The notes below the pieces were generated by a model. The model had not been told where the DNA came from. It did no database searches and saw nothing but the letters and a program-made list of their open reading frames with translations. 64,000 nucleotides of DNA from Mytilus trossulus (lineage: Eukaryota): positions 80,166,001 through 80,230,000 of the forward strand of contig NC_086379.1 of the NCBI RefSeq assembly GCF_036588685.1, read 5' to 3'. Position numbers and translations under genes: made by a program. This document shows positions 29,238 to 43,588 of this stretch, one piece after another (position 1 is the stretch's first letter; each line of letters starts with the position of its first letter).

Positions 29238-29505
29238 ATAAAAAAGAAGATGTGGTATGATTGCCAATGAGACATCTTTCCACAAAAGACCAAAATGACA
29301 CAGAAATTAACAACTATAGGTCACCGTACGGCCTTCAACAATGAGCAAAGACCATACCACATAGTCAGCTATTAAAGGCCCCGATATGACAATGTAAAAC
29401 AAATCAAACGAGAAAACTAACGTCCTTATTTGTATGAAAAAATTAACGAAAAACAAATATGTAACACATAAACAAACGACAACCACTGAATTACAGGCTC
29501 CTGAT
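29238..29505 (+). repeat. Dispersed repeat family B copy
   Basis: Collinear with 41917-42176 and with the reverse complement of 57800-58072. Confidence 0.9.
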
Positions 29506-31688
29506 CTTTTAGGACGGGAACAGTCAATGAAAGTATTATATATATCAAAGCTTCTCCTCGAGGATATACATGTTAAACGCAAAACATAAATATAAAAGAG
29601 GTAACATTATTTCAAAAAATTATCATTGAAGGGCGACATTCTCCATTAAATACACATAGTTATTCCTAGTTATTTGTCATATTCAATTAAATAGTGCCAG
29701 TCTCGATCCAACTTTCATTTCAAACAGGTTATCAGAAGGACATGTTATATGATTATTATTTTTTTTTATGTGATCATGATACTTATCCTCACAGTGGGCA
29801 AATAAGATATGACTTGGATGATATACTTTAAACCAAAAAAGTATGACAGATCACGCGTTATAAGATCACGGGATGGTATCCATTCAAACTTACGGTTTCC
29901 TGTAAAAGTGGGTTAGATATATAGCAGGTAAGTCATAGAACTAACAACAATAAACTCGGATCAATTAATCAATTAAAAAAATCAACAAAAGTGTCTTTAA
30001 TTATTAACGAGGAAGAAAGATAAATTGTACTGAGATGATACCTCATTAATAATGGAAATGAGAACAGTAAGACATCGATACTTTCGACGATATTTCGTGA
30101 TGTTCAAAGATAACATGAAGGTCAAGAACATAATTCTTTTACATTCGTGCTTAATTAATGTCGTCAATTCTCTTTTGTTTTGATGTTTTGAACACTTGAT
30201 ATAAAGGAGGCGTATGTGCCTTGAGCTCCGTTGATAAAACGAATGCCAACATAGAGAGGAAAAGTACATACTGATTGTGCAGGAGAGAAAAAATCTATCG
30301 ATGTAATAAATACAATGTGGGGTCACTTAATTCAAGGTCAAATTAGTAGTCGAGAAGCAAAATGAGAGTTCCGATGTATTCAATTAACACAAAACTAATA
30401 AAAATCATTTTATTATTCTTTCCAGTCATAAATGTTTGAAACAGAAATTTTCCAAATGGATTTATACTTTCTGTCAATATGTTTTGATCAATTATTATAA
30501 AAGAAATCTTGCTTTAATTTTATTGTCATTACAAGTAATGACTACACTGATTTTCTTATCTTCCCAAGGTCAAGTTAGTGACCGGTGATAAACAAGAGAC
30601 AGTCCAATATCCAATTTATATAGAAACAATAAATGACATGTTTTAATGTTGTCAGTGGTTATTAAAGGTGGCAAATGTACTCTTTTTCGCAATGTTGTCA
30701 CTATTAACATATAACTATTATAATTTCTAAGCTTAATCATAAAAAGTTTATTGTATTAACAGACGTTTGTAAAATACAAGGAGATATTGAAACTTCGTCT
30801 TAAAAATTATAGATTTGTGTGATATTCATATAAAACAATAGAGTCAATATTTACTTCTTTTAAACAAAGAAAATACATTGATGTTCTTATGTATTCTCAG
30901 ACATTGAAGGGACCTCGGATAGTATTTTTTCTACTTTTGATGGTTTTTTTTATACTTCCTTAATGTATTTTGTTTTCACTATACGATGATAGATACCAAA
31001 AAAACACAAACACTTCGAATACATTTAAAAAGAAACACATTGGCTAAAACATTGATAATTTCTTTTAATTCTTAATTTTAAGAATAGACGAGGGATTCTT
31101 CTATAGTAATATAACTAACTTATCACTGAGTTTTGTCTTATATGAGCAAACAGGTTTTTGTAGGATTTGTGTCACTCAATCTTTGGTGTTCTATGTAGCG
31201 TTTAGAAGAACGATGTTGGTCTCTTAATGCTTTATAATGTTTTGCAATAGTATTGTCAATTTATTTTCGACAAATGAGTTTAAATGTCCCTTTTTGGTAT
31301 TTTTCAAAACACTTTTACTGATTTTTTTGTATAGAAAAAGAAGATCTGGTATGATTGCCAATGAGACAACTATTCACAAGAGACCAAAGGACACAAAACT
31401 CAACAACTATAGGTGACTGTATGGTCTTCACCAATGATTAAAGCCAACACCACCACATAGTTTACAGCATATTTTTATTGATGTAGTTTGTAGTTATCTG
31501 TAACTATATCTGTTGAAGACAAATACATAAGATTTTCTGCATGTCCTTGCAAAATTTAAATGTCAGTTTTATATCACCATGAATGTGTTATATTAAATTG
31601 TGTCTTAATAGTAAAAATATGAATTGCCAAAGACAAAATTTAAATATAACTAATGTTAGAAAGGCAAATGAATGCAGTTATATATATA

Positions 31689-32869
31689 CTGAGTGCCAAT
31701 GAAAACGCAATACTTTTGTTTTTCCAAAAATCTTATAATTTTATTTTATTTATATTAAAACTTTGTATAGTTGGTCTAAAATGACTTTTAAGACCATTGA
31801 CGACAATTTTACGGTTTAGTGATTTTTGGAACAAATGCGAAGTAAGGGTTATTTTGAACGGACATAATCCGAGTTCACCGCTTTTCAACATACGCACCAT
31901 TTTTACGATTTTGTCATTTAAAGCTTGACTAATGTCATGAATTTTCCCGCCCTTATTGTAAGGAAACTGCAATAAACATCCGAGTAAATGCCAGGACTTT
32001 CTGACAACCAGCGACATGCAGTTTTGAGCATGATCCAATGAAGCCTTTCGCTGCATACAATTACGAGAAGACTGAAGTTGTAGCCTCTACAATAACCCAA
32101 ATCATCCACAAATTCAACCAAAATGGATCATTTAATGTTAAGCGACATCCCGGGGTACAAAACGCAAGAAACCTCAGCCAGACCGATACGTTTGGTCTTG
32201 AACATATTCGATATTGATTCTGATGGGTGTACAAAAGTCAATGGTGGTCACGGTAGATCCTTTGGAGCAATTTTAGTAAAGCACCATTTGCGCAGAAATT
32301 GTTATGGAGCACCAAAGTCTTTCCTCAGTGACATCTAAATGGCCGTAAGGCGTACATATTGAATTCTGTAGACCAAAAATCATTCAATGTTACCCAAACC
32401 CGTCAGTAATGATTACATAGACATTTGGCACCCATACTGGCCAAAAGTTATGTGTTTCGCCCGATTTTGGTCCGATCGAGCAAATTTTGCATCAGATTAA
32501 AGATGGTTTAGACGATGAAAACCACCATCAATATCATAAAGTCAGCTTGAGTTTGATATGCGGGACAAGTGGAACAACATTCCTCGAGATCACATTAAAC
32601 GTCTGGGATGATCAATTCCACGGCGCTGTCGAGATTGCGCTGCACAACGGGGTTGTAACATGTTTTGTTAAGACTGTGAGTTGATGATTCGACATTGAAT
32701 GTTTGGTTTACCTATAGCGTCTGAAAGATGACAATGAAACATTTTTGTTTGATATCGATCTTTTGTTAGAATTGTTAATTTTCAAGAACAATTTATTTTG
32801 AAAGATTATCATTTCTAATATAAATTTTATTTTGGAAAAACCAAGTGTTGCGTTTTTATTGGCACTCAG
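31689..32869 (+). mobile_element. Tc1/mariner DNA transposon, internally deleted, 1181 bp
   Basis: Imperfect TIRs of about 40 bp (CTGAGTGCCAATGAAAACGCAATACTTTTGTTTTTCCAAAA versus the reverse complement of TTTTGGAAAAACCAAGTGTTGCGTTTTTATTGGCACTCAG), with TA runs on both sides and a transposase relic inside. Confidence 0.9.
31988..32671 (+). pseudogene. Tc1-family transposase relic with stops, frameshifts and most of the catalytic core deleted
   Basis: Hand-translated segments: MPGLSDNQRHAVLSMIQ*SLSLHTITRRL (HTH start), SPDFGPIEQIL (SPDLNPIE motif) and WNNIPRDHIKRLG*SIPRRCRDCAAQRG (Tc1 C-terminal motif). Confidence 0.85.
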
Positions 32870-33056
32870 TATATATATCTAATTATTTACAAAACCAATA
32901 GTCGAACGATATATCCGAGAAGGGTTTCCCAATGGAAATACATTCCTTTGTATATCAGTGGGTCAATACTGCTGCTTGTGGACTTGCAAGAACCGAAAGG
33001 TATGCATAATATATCAATGGGGGAAAACAAACGACAACTTGAGGTAATACATGCAT

Positions 33057-33270
33057 AAAAAGTAAAATTACAAAAATACTGAACTCCGAGGAAATTTCGA
33101 AACAGAAAGTCCATAATCAAATGGCAAAATCAAAAGCTAAAACACATCAAACGAATGGTATAACAACTGTCATATTCCTGAGATGGTACAGATATTTTCG
33201 TATGTAGAAATGGAAGATTGACCTGGTTTTATAGCTAGTTTAACCTCTTACTTGTATGACAGTTGCATTA
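33057..33270 (+). repeat. Dispersed repeat family A (head AAAAGTAAAATCACAAAAATACTGAACTCCGAGG)
   Basis: Homologous copies at approximately 5723-5891(+), 13025-13137(+), 15884-16008(-), 17452-17620(+), 21785-22000(-), 26313-26510(+), 37269-37345(+) and 58243-58490(+). Confidence 0.88.
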
Positions 33271-36200
33271 AATAATTATAACAAATTGATTGGAAAAACC
33301 TTGTTGTCAATGTTCCACAATGATAAATTATCAAGAAGAACAAAACTCGAGGATCAAAAAGGCATTTTGAAGACGGAGGTGTATACACATATTTACAGAT
33401 ATATAAACGAAAGCTGAATGTTGAATTGATCGGCATAATAAAGACTTCGTCTATCAAAAATGTTAATCATGTTTGATATATGTAAAAAACGAAAAAGAGA
33501 AGTTACTATAAATAGTAAGTGGGTCAATATATAGCAAGTAATTACGTATTTCTTCCTAAAATCCAATACTTTGCCTTGTGTTGGTTATATCCCTTTGTCT
33601 GTAACTTAATACTGTCCTATGTATGACTTCATACAGCTCAAAGAAACAAGTAATTATACAACCAATTTTAGAAGAAAATTGCTTTTGAATTGGCTAATTA
33701 TTAGAGAATCCTTATGACCGGCTAATTTCCTGAAACAATAATAGCGATACGAAGTTAGGATAAACCGCGTACGTTTGATCTCTTCTATATCAGAAGTCAA
33801 ACTGTTCTGTAGATACATAAAGGTCATATATTCTATATAAGTAAAATAAGTTCGTGTTTCTTTTGTAGCTGACACTGATTCATGGAGACTAAGTTCTAGT
33901 ATTTTTGTAAAATGCTTTATGATTGGCTAATTTTGTAAAAATGTGACGAGCTAAGGATTCCTTTTGCTTAGATTTTTTTTAAATTCTACCAAAGAAAGTA
34001 AAGAAGTAACTACGAATTTAAAAAATGAAATGTATTTTTTTCAAGATTATAGTCCATTTTGTATATAAATAAGAATGAACCAATCATTAGTATCCATTTT
34101 AACGTTCTTTTCACGATCATTTATTTTTCATCGACAAATATAATTTTAAATCCCACCCATATTCATAAACCCTTGAATGCGCAAACGGACAAAGTTTTAT
34201 TGAGTTAAAAAACGTGTTATAAAGGTACTCCATTTGTATCATGTGAATATTCAGTCAATCACTTTCATGACTTTAGAGACACGGTTATATAAATGGAATT
34301 TTGCGTGTTCATATTCATAGCTGAAATAAAATTGTAATTCAAAACATAATAAAAGAGCTTAAAATGTAGATTGTATAGGGGAAGAACACACTTTAAACGA
34401 ATGTGGTCAGCTAGTCATTTAAATAAAGGCTATACAGGGAATAAAATATAGAAAATAGCTATTATTTGAAAGTATAATACATGTAATAACATTAGAACTA
34501 TTTCTACAATTAATGCAAAGAAGTTAATATACTTCGCATCTTACAGCTTTCCCTCAGCGGAATGAATCACGGAATGACAATTATTCTCTTTTTTAATGGC
34601 ATGATCGGTTTTAACTTCATGATTTCACTATTTTTTTATGAAGTTTATACATTAAATCTTAGTTAGTTGATTACAGAAAGTGCACTGACATATAATGTTT
34701 GAATTGACCAATAAAGAAGAAGACTTAAATCCAGATATAACTGGAAGATTGTACTTATACTCTTTCTTTTTTGTTAACAACAAATTGTATGTTGAATTGT
34801 TCAAAAGCAATTATCCTCCACGCATGCCATGTCCAACATCGATGCTTGTTTCTTTTACAGAATCTATTCACTCAATCCAACATATTAATGCCGATAGGGA
34901 TACAAACTACAATATAAAGACGTTCTACAATGGAGATGGGTAAATCAAGAAGAATTCACTTTGACATCTGTGATTCATAGGATCTTATTTATTCCTGACA
35001 ACAAGCATTGATCTCAAGCCCTCCAGAGATCTCTTAAAAGATAGTTTATGTTGTCAAGTTTGAAAGATCTCCAGCCAATTTAGTTTTTTTACGTAAGAAA
35101 TTCTGAAGCGAATAGACATTCGATGTCCAAATTCTGATCAACATACAACTTGTATTATGTAGAGAAAATCATTCAGCTTTTATGATATATATAATGTTCT
35201 TTATTCACGACAATCGCAAATACTTGGGTCTGGTCTTAACTTTTCCCCTAGGTTAAAACGGCTTATGGTTATTCGAACTAAAATTGATGGAAATATTGAA
35301 AATATAATTACTAAAGACGAACCATCATGTTTGGTTAAAGGGAGACTATGCAAACTCCACAATATGTATAAAGTAGTTAGGATACTTCTTCATAATTAAC
35401 AAAATAGCATGTTGACATGGTGAAATATATGATATAACTTACAATGTTAACGCCAAATTGCTGCGCCATAAAAAAAACCCAACCTTATTTGAATATTTCG
35501 TCATCATACGCATGACGAATTTGAATACGGTAACTACACAATTCCAATTGTCAATAATATTTATGAATAGAACATTTTCATATAAAAACAAGAATATTTT
35601 AGTAGTTTTGATTTTACCAAAGATATCCAACAAGGCAAAATTGTCTATTTTTCTCAATAGTAATGCTAGTTGAGTCATCCAAATCATGATATCCAGCGAC
35701 AAATTTGTAGTTTTATCAATGAACCCATTTAAATTTTCGTTAAAAAAAATAGTATATTTTAACGTTATGATGAATGATAATTATTCCAAAGAATTCGCAC
35801 GAACGTGTTTCACACTGCTTACAGGAATATTTTGAAATCAGAATACATTTTTTTCAAATGTTTATTACTGATTTTGCCAAACAATTTATGATATGGTTTT
35901 ACAGCAACCACTTTCAAGAGGATTCCATCATCCCACAAGTTAAGCTATTATTGCAACTTTATAAGCAAGATATAACAGACAAGTTTTTATGAGAAGGTTC
36001 AGTATTTTCCCACTACACTTATAATCAATAAATCATTTCCACGCATACTAATGCTGATGTCTTTTCTTACAACACTCGCTTATGATAAAAAGTTTTCTAT
36101 TTTCATTCGCCGTCAAAAATTGAATTGTACTCGTTCTCATTAGAGTTGGCTTACAACTTTTACAAATGATCGAAATTTGACCATGAAATTTTGTCCAACT

Positions 36201-39200
36201 AAAATTAATCTACTCATATTGCAACGGTGTTTGACAAGTTCTACTAAATTATGATTCACAGCGTTATCTCAACAGTAAACGGGTAAGTAACTACACTTCA
36301 ATTTAAGAAACTAAGTTAAAATATAACAATAGTTTGATGGTATTCAAAGGAAATAATTACAAATAGAAACAGGAAAAGATGATTTATTCTAGCCATTCAT
36401 TGAACTGTTTATTTCAGAATATAGAGAAATAGAAAATCTCTCAACTGCATTTGGTGGAAAAAGAGTAATATTCGAATCAATGTTTTCACTTTGTTTTACA
36501 TGAGTTCAATTTAAAATATCGGTATTGCGATTAAATGCTACATGTTATTGCTTCGAAATTTTAAGCATCACGCTTCAACTGATCTATAATGATCCACAAA
36601 GCATATACACTTGAATTTTGATTTATGCAGACATTTTTGGATTCTCCGGCAGTAGTAGAATGTTACATGTAAATTTTAGTTGATAATTATCTAATAATTA
36701 TGACATCTATATGGTTTATATTTGTTAGTGAATGATTTCCATATTTGTCAAAGTGTTAGTCATTTTACATAAAAGCTTTGGCCCATAAATGAGCGTTAAA
36801 TAGTAATAACATTTGTATCCAGACATAAATAAGCACTTTTGTGCACATAATTACTGTAACAAATATTTGATATAACGTATGCTATCAAATGTCATTGATG
36901 TAATTGATAGTCATAAAATATATCTGTAAATAACAATTATTCAATAAAGTAATTAGATTGGCTTCCAAACATTATATTGGCTTGTAGTTGTACATTCTGA
37001 AATTAACTGCAACATTATACGGTGCAAGTGAATTATGATTCATGTCTTGCTCGCCAAGGAGATTGTTGAAAATAGTCTTTTACTAAGACCGTTGTTTGGA
37101 TTTGCTGCCATTGCTTTTATACAGCTCATTTTTTTTTCTAGAGTATACAGGGATTTCGAATGGCAAGTAGTGATGCCAAAATGCTGTATAATATTTTTTT
37201 GTCACCCACATTTAAGAAGAACAGTCATTGTCATTTCATCGAAAGTTATTATTGACATCTTATTAAATAAAAAGTAAAATCACAAAAATACTGAACTCCG
37301 AGGAAAATTTTAAACAGAAAGTCCCTAATAAAACGGCAAAAATAAAACCGTGCGCAAATTTTTCAAAATGTACTTCGGTCAACGCTTTTACACCCAATGG
37401 AGTTACAAAAAGAAGCTTTCAACTCTCAAATAAATGATAAAAAGGAGAGCTTATTTTCCAGCAAGATGTAAGATTGCGTAACCCCGCATCACGCGCCACA
37501 CATTGCACGATACACAAACTGTGTTGGTGTAATAGAAAAGAATGGAAATAGTGAAAACACCTACTCATCGTAGATTTTGGAAATTGATCAGTAGAGTTAA
37601 TGAGGAAATTGAAACCTTTCTGGTTTTTTTTCTCAACGAAATACAAGTTTACAATGTGCATTAATGATTATAAAATTTCAACATCATTAAAACAACGAAG
37701 TAAAGTCACAAATGAAATAATACCCTCAGTACATTCAGATTGATGTCAAACCAGTGTTCCCCTTCAGGAAATGCAACGGCTTAATAAGTACTTGTGTAAT
37801 AGATCTGAACAAATCGTTGGTCGTAGTTATGTTTTCAAGTTTATTTTCATAAAAACATTAAAGTAAAACTCGAAAATGAAAAATTAATAATGCGCATAAC
37901 CTCAATGGTTCATCTTCTGTATCATTGTCATCTTATTTGTCATAAGAGTTTATTTTAGGAAGTTGCATGTATTTTCTTATCTTAAATCACAGTGGCATAA
38001 TAATAAAGCTTTCATCGAAAAAAAGTATTATTCCCGGTTTTCCCAACTGAGCTACTTATAAGTTAACGAAACATTTTCATGTCAACAGCAAGTCGTGAAA
38101 AAAGTTTTGTAATGACATTTGCGCAAAATATTACTCAAAACAAAGAAAAAATATGTTAAAAACTATGTCAATAATATCAGTTTACTTATATATTTTGAAT
38201 TTCAATTAATTTTTATTGAGCGCAGCTCTTCAAATTCAAAAAATATAATTCATTAAAAAAAGACAAATCTCGAAAGTATGATTAAGTAAGAAGAAAAATC
38301 TCGAAAATGGAAGTCTTAATATGGTCTTTATTCATCTTAGTGCTTGAAATAAAAGGAAATATTGCTCTGTAATAAGAAGTAATGACTTGTAATAAAGACC
38401 CAGTGATATTGTTATACAAATTAATGGCAGCAGATGGAAGGTTTTTATCATTAAATAAAACATGGTGAGAGACTATTGATTCTCTCAATGTTTGTAATTT
38501 AAATTAGAATTTTTAACTAAAATAAATATGTTCATCACTTATAGTTGTTCGTTTGATGTGTCAATGTTTGCGGAATAATTTCAGAGTTCAGCTTCCTATC
38601 AAGAAAATATCAATATGCCTAATGCGGAAATCTTACGCGGCTATACGGAGCTAAAGTTTAAATAGAATTTCTTCAATAACTGCAATGTGTCGATTAATTT
38701 TACTTAAGTCTAGAAGAAAATAAAAATATTCTTAATTTTGATGTTTAGAGCTTTGAGTAAAAAATAATGACAATTTTACGATGCAGGGGCGGAAAAATTT
38801 GACAAGAGTATCTTCACGCCCCTGCTGTCCATCAATTACAATCCCTTAACTGTACTGTAAATGTTTTGTGTCATGATTTATAATAATTTTTACGCGGTCC
38901 GCGCATGCTAATATTGGAATAGATATGCACATAGAGGCTGTTTAAATGGTCCTCGAAGAAGATGGCTTAGGAAATTTGATTTACTGTAGGTTGGTAGAGC
39001 CAAATACTAGATTTGAATCGAAAGGAATATTTATTCATTTCAAAGAGCTAGCTCAAGCTATGAATACTCTTTAAAGAGGGGGCCTATTTAAAGACATGAC
39101 GTGAGTTTAGATGACGACGTCTTTAATGTTGTAATGAATATCATAAATGCATTATTTGTCGCTTGGTCTTTGCGAAAATCATAAGCCTAATCCTTTAATA

Positions 39201-39365
39201 TAAATGTGACTAAAACATGTATAATTGTAACCTTTCTTGGCTCAAAAAAGTCTAAAATAACAAATTTAAACAACAATTGAAACTCGAATATTATGGGTAT
39301 AGTATCATGAACATATGGGGAAATAATTGTTAAACTCCTTTAACGAAATATCACTAGGTGTAAAT

Positions 39366-39641
39366 AAATAAAGAAAACAGTAGTATACCGCTGTTCAGAA
39401 CTCATAAATCCATGGACAAAAAACAAAATCGGGGCAACAAACCAAAACCGAAGGAAACGCATTAAATATAAGAGGAGAACAACGACACAACATTAAAATG
39501 TAACACACACAGAAACGGACTAAGCATTAATCAAAATCCTATGAGAATAATAAATATAACATCAAAACAAAATACATGGATTTTGAATAGATAAGTACCG
39601 TGACACCTCTTATAAGTTATAGTAATGTGAATTCACACTCA
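39366..39641 (+). repeat. Dispersed repeat family E (head AATAAAGGCAACAGTAGTATACCGCTGTTC)
   Basis: Homologous copies at approximately 8374-8547(+), 11005-11245(-), 17027-17135(-) and 18520-18847(-); short stubs at 5894-5922, 29140-29166 and 48215-48257. Confidence 0.85.
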
Positions 39642-39794
39642 TAACATTTGGAATTTAATCCTGTGACTGAGTTCGTTGCCACGAATTAAGAATATAGTCC
39701 TGCACTGTTTAATAATATAATTCCTGCCAAAAACTAGAATCCCTACAATGCATTTTTCATAATCATTTTTTCTAAGATAATAAGTTAAACTCAC

Positions 39795-39880
39795 AAGTCT
39801 TCTGTTTGAATCGCCCTGGGATCTAACACAAGTCCTAGTCGCACCCGTGGCGAGTACGCTGCTACCACGAGACCACCGAA
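39795..39880 (-). mobile_element. tRNA-derived SINE head remnant
   Basis: Minus strand TGGTCTCGTGG (A-box-like) and GTGTTAGATCCC (B-box-like) at tRNA-like spacing, followed by TCAAACAGAAGACT. A related TGGTCTCGTGGTA occurs on the minus strand at ~54946-54958. Confidence 0.5.
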
Positions 39881-41654
39881 GTGTTTTTGTTTTATTTAGT
39901 AATAACTGTGTTCATACATATCTCTATTAACCTTTCATCATAAATAATGAATTTTTATGAATTAAATCTATTTTTTACAAGAAATTGTATGGGCTTAAAT
40001 GGGAATTTTTTTCAACATTTCACTTAAATTGAGAATGGAATTGGGGAATATGACAAAGAGTAAACAAACCGACCAACGAGTAGATAGCAGGCAAAGATAA
40101 CAGCCAAAATAAGACTAATTTAAATAAAGATAAAAGGTCAGTACCAGAGAGATGCAATCATAAGCATCAACACATCCTGCCAGAATACTTCTCTTCACTA
40201 TTTTAAAAATCATTAAAATTTTATATAAGGTCATCTAGTCGAAAGAATGTCCTCATGACTATAGGCTTTCTCTCGCATATCTTTACCTAAAAGTACTAAA
40301 ATGTATTTAATTCATTACATAAAAACACCACATAAACATGAACATCAACACTCCATATCCAAAATTTAGGAATTGTTATAGAAAATATGACATTCTAAGG
40401 ATGAATACTCACTAGGTAGGAATATTAATTATGATATCTCGAAAAGAGTAGAAATGAGGAAATTAGGAAATCAAGACAAGTTAAAATCCTGAGAAAGAAG
40501 AGAATATATTTTCCCGACATTTTTATCGATAATTAAAAGAATAGAATAGACACAATTAAATAAAGAGATGGTCATGTATTCCATACAATTTTGTCTGTTG
40601 CAATAAGCATCTTCAATGAACAGTCAATTAGCATAAGATATTGTCTTGCGATGTAAAGAAAATACAGCCTTTGAAATGACAACCTTCTTACTTTGATTCG
40701 AGAGAGACACAGGAAACAAGAAGCATACAACACTTTGGAATGATTTCTGAGAATATTCATAACGACTGGAATTATTAAACTGACATCGTGTAATCTTATG
40801 TCAAAGGTCTGTCTGCTTAATTTGTAGCTATTTATTAGTATGTTTTAAAGGAAATGTAGATATCTTTGAGCTAAAAAATCTCATCAAAATCAATATTAGA
40901 GAATAAATCTCGGTATGGTTAAGGGCTGATTACGGAACAGGAACTGTACTTTAGTATTATGCGACACCGAATTAATTGCTATTGCATATCTATTTACCTC
41001 TATCATTAGCAATCTTGTTTCAATGGACTATTTATGGGATTTGTCATGGAATCCAAATCAAAATAATTATCATTTACTGTTTATGAGTTATACGACACTG
41101 GTGCCTCAAGCCAATAAAAAGGTTTGTAAATGCGACTTGATATTAAAACAGACATTTGATATTTGTTTATGATGCAGCAACCCACAGACATGAAAAACCA
41201 AAGACACAAAGTAGTTAACATTAGTCTTACTTATAAAATAAAAATATTCTACGTTGTGTCTAATTATTAGAATTTTTCTATTCTTCTGCCGCAAACATGT
41301 GAAGTTTTCCATTATTTATTGTATTGTACCTATCCTCTATCGTAAAGTGTCAGTATTTACATCTGTTAAATATACTTTTCCAATTTAACGTTCATCATTT
41401 GTTAAGGTTATTGAGTTTTTCACACTAAATTTCAGCGTTGACAAGAAACATATGAATAAGTTGTTGAACATGAACAAATTTTCAGTTCCGTCAGTTTAAG
41501 TTGACTGTTTTGACTGTTGTATTTATGCTTTATTGTTTTAACACTCCAAACGTTTTAGCTAAATAGTTTAATGTTGATAGAGTGTAACTGATGTACGTTA
41601 TAGCAGAACAAGAATTTAAATCTCAAAAATGAAAGAAACACTTCTCAACATCAT

Positions 41655-41694
41655 GCGTCCGAAGTGCTTTTCTGGATTTACCTTCATCAAAGAC
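41655..41694 (-). ncRNA. Variant hammerhead-like motif (second family), decayed
   Basis: Minus strand UUGAUGA A-GG-uaaau-CC-A GAAA A-GCAC-U UC GGACGC. Confidence 0.5.
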
Positions 41695-41762
41695 AAATCA
41701 TTAAAAGTCAAGGATGTATTAGAACCGAAACAGTGTTTGGCTTTATAAATATTTTGATATGA

Positions 41763-41806
41763 GCTTCACTGATGAGTCTTATGTAGACGAAACGCTAGTC
41801 TGGTGT
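41763..41806 (+). ncRNA. Type I hammerhead ribozyme, core intact, one stem I mismatch (retrozyme subfamily 2)
   Basis: GCUUCA CUGAUGA GUCU-uaugu-AGAC GAAA C-GCUA-G UC^ UGGUGU; predicted cleavage at 41800/41801. The fragment ends at TTTGATAACTATT (~41841). Confidence 0.8.
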
Positions 41807-41916
41807 ACTAAATTATAATCCTGGTACCTTTGATAACTATTGAACAGGTATAAGTTTGACAGTCCCTCTAATATCTTTCGCCTCTCTTGTATAAATATAT
41901 TCCAAAACAAAAACTA

Positions 41917-42176
41917 TAAAAAAGAAGATGTGGTAAGATTGCCAGTGAGACAACTATCCACAAAAGACCAAAAATGACACAAGCATTAACAACTATAGGT
42001 CACAGTACGGCCTTCAACAATGAACAAAGCCCATACCGCATAGTCAGCTATAAAAGGTCCCGATCAAACAATGTAAATCAATTTAAACGAGAAAACTAAG
42101 GCCTTATATATGTAAAACAAAATGAACGAAAAACAAATATGTAACACTTAAACAAACGACAACTACTGAATTACAG
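41917..42176 (+). repeat. Dispersed repeat family B copy
   Basis: Collinear with 29238-29505. Confidence 0.9.
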
Positions 42177-43412
42177 TACATTTACTAAACCCTATAAGAT
42201 TGGAAAATATTCCAATTAATAAAGATGTGAAAAGAAACACTGCATCCGAAAAAATAGGTTTTGGGTATACGTTAACGGAAAAGTAACCCAATGGAACAAA
42301 ATTATAAAACACATCCAAATGTCAACATAAGGGTTTCAACGATAGACACGTGTCACTACAATATATCAAGCCCTATATAACTGTTATATGTAGTAAATAA
42401 ATATAACGAAAATTATCAAAGATCTACCATCAACACCACATTCGTTTAGTACAAAATAGCTGAGATAACCCAGGAAATCCCTCTTGGGACATGCTAATTC
42501 GATTGGACAAATACAGACACCCCCCCCCCCGTATAACCAGAGGTTGTATGTATTAATGAGACATTTGATATTCCCTAAGGTACCATCAAACAACTTTACA
42601 CAGTCTACATTGTAGATTTACTCGAAAATACAATGACGATATCGTATGTCGTCCACCTAACATACTTCCCTAACGCTATGTAATCGATAAATATATATAT
42701 ATAGGCTTTTACATTTTATCGTATGCATAAAAAAATATTGGTGCCACTGAACAAATTCTGTTCATAACTGTGCATGTATCCGACAAGGTATATATGTACT
42801 CTTGTTTAATATGCTGTATGTACATGTTCTGGTGGAATTAAGCGTTCATCTGACAATATATCTAAACCATGTTTAGGACATACGTTTGTGGTGTACATAC
42901 CAATAAATGAAGATGTGAAACACTTCAATTTATCATCATTCAAAGACACACAAAAACAACCTAATAAAAGTATTACAGTCTTTACTATATGTGTCAATAT
43001 GACCCAGAACCCTGTTATTTACTTGAACGACATACTAAACAAACAGATTTTTACATCTAAGATCTAAGAAATTACTAATCTGCATGAAGGAATACCAGTG
43101 CTACATACACATTACTCTTACTCTGAATCTACCAGACTTTGCTTTGATACCTCTACGGGCCGCGACTGTCGAAAAATAAAAATTACTCATTGAAAAGCAT
43201 GGCATATGAGCTCGTAGTAAAAACGTACACTCGATTTACATTCTAGACATTCTTTTAAAAAAGTTGAATTTGCTTAAACTTTCCACTTCCTTTTCTTTAA
43301 CAAAATATTATGGTAAAATTATAGCATTTGTTATACTAGTAATAACGAACATATATGAAAACGGTAAATATAAAGATGTTAATTAAAGTAAGTAAATCAG
43401 ACCCAAACTTAC

Positions 43413-43555
43413 CGCTCCATATTAAAAACTCCTTGAATTATACCACACACTATCGATGTTTACAGCTAAATAATGAGCAGCCTTGTCCCTGTGTTGCTAA
43501 TAAGCGAATTATATAGAAACAAATTAAGTTCGATACGAGCAGCAACGACTTGTGT
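43413..43555 (-). CDS. SYT15: Candidate alternative first exon of the SYT15-like gene (coding part ATG GAG CG, 43413-43420)
   Basis: aatATGG Kozak context, then GAG CG|gtaagt, a consensus donor in phase 2 that matches the acceptor at 27762. No upstream ATG between the TATA box and this ATG. The 5' boundary is estimated from TATA spacing. Confidence 0.55.
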
Positions 43556-43579
43556 TATGTAAATAATCTCTGGGTTTTA

Positions 43580-43588
43580 CTTTATATA
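43580..43588 (-). promoter_or_regulatory. Candidate TATA box (TATATAAAG) of an internal promoter
   Basis: Matches TATAWAWR about 160 nt upstream of the ATG at 43420. E-box-like (CACATG/CATGTG) and forkhead-like (TGTAAACA) words lie just upstream at 43610-43650. Confidence 0.4.

Noticed and set aside
34700-36000. Faint coding-like words on the minus strand (IDVGHG; SKYSCKQCETRSC) suggesting a transposase or integrase relic
   Set aside because: Too short and interrupted to support without a BLASTX search.
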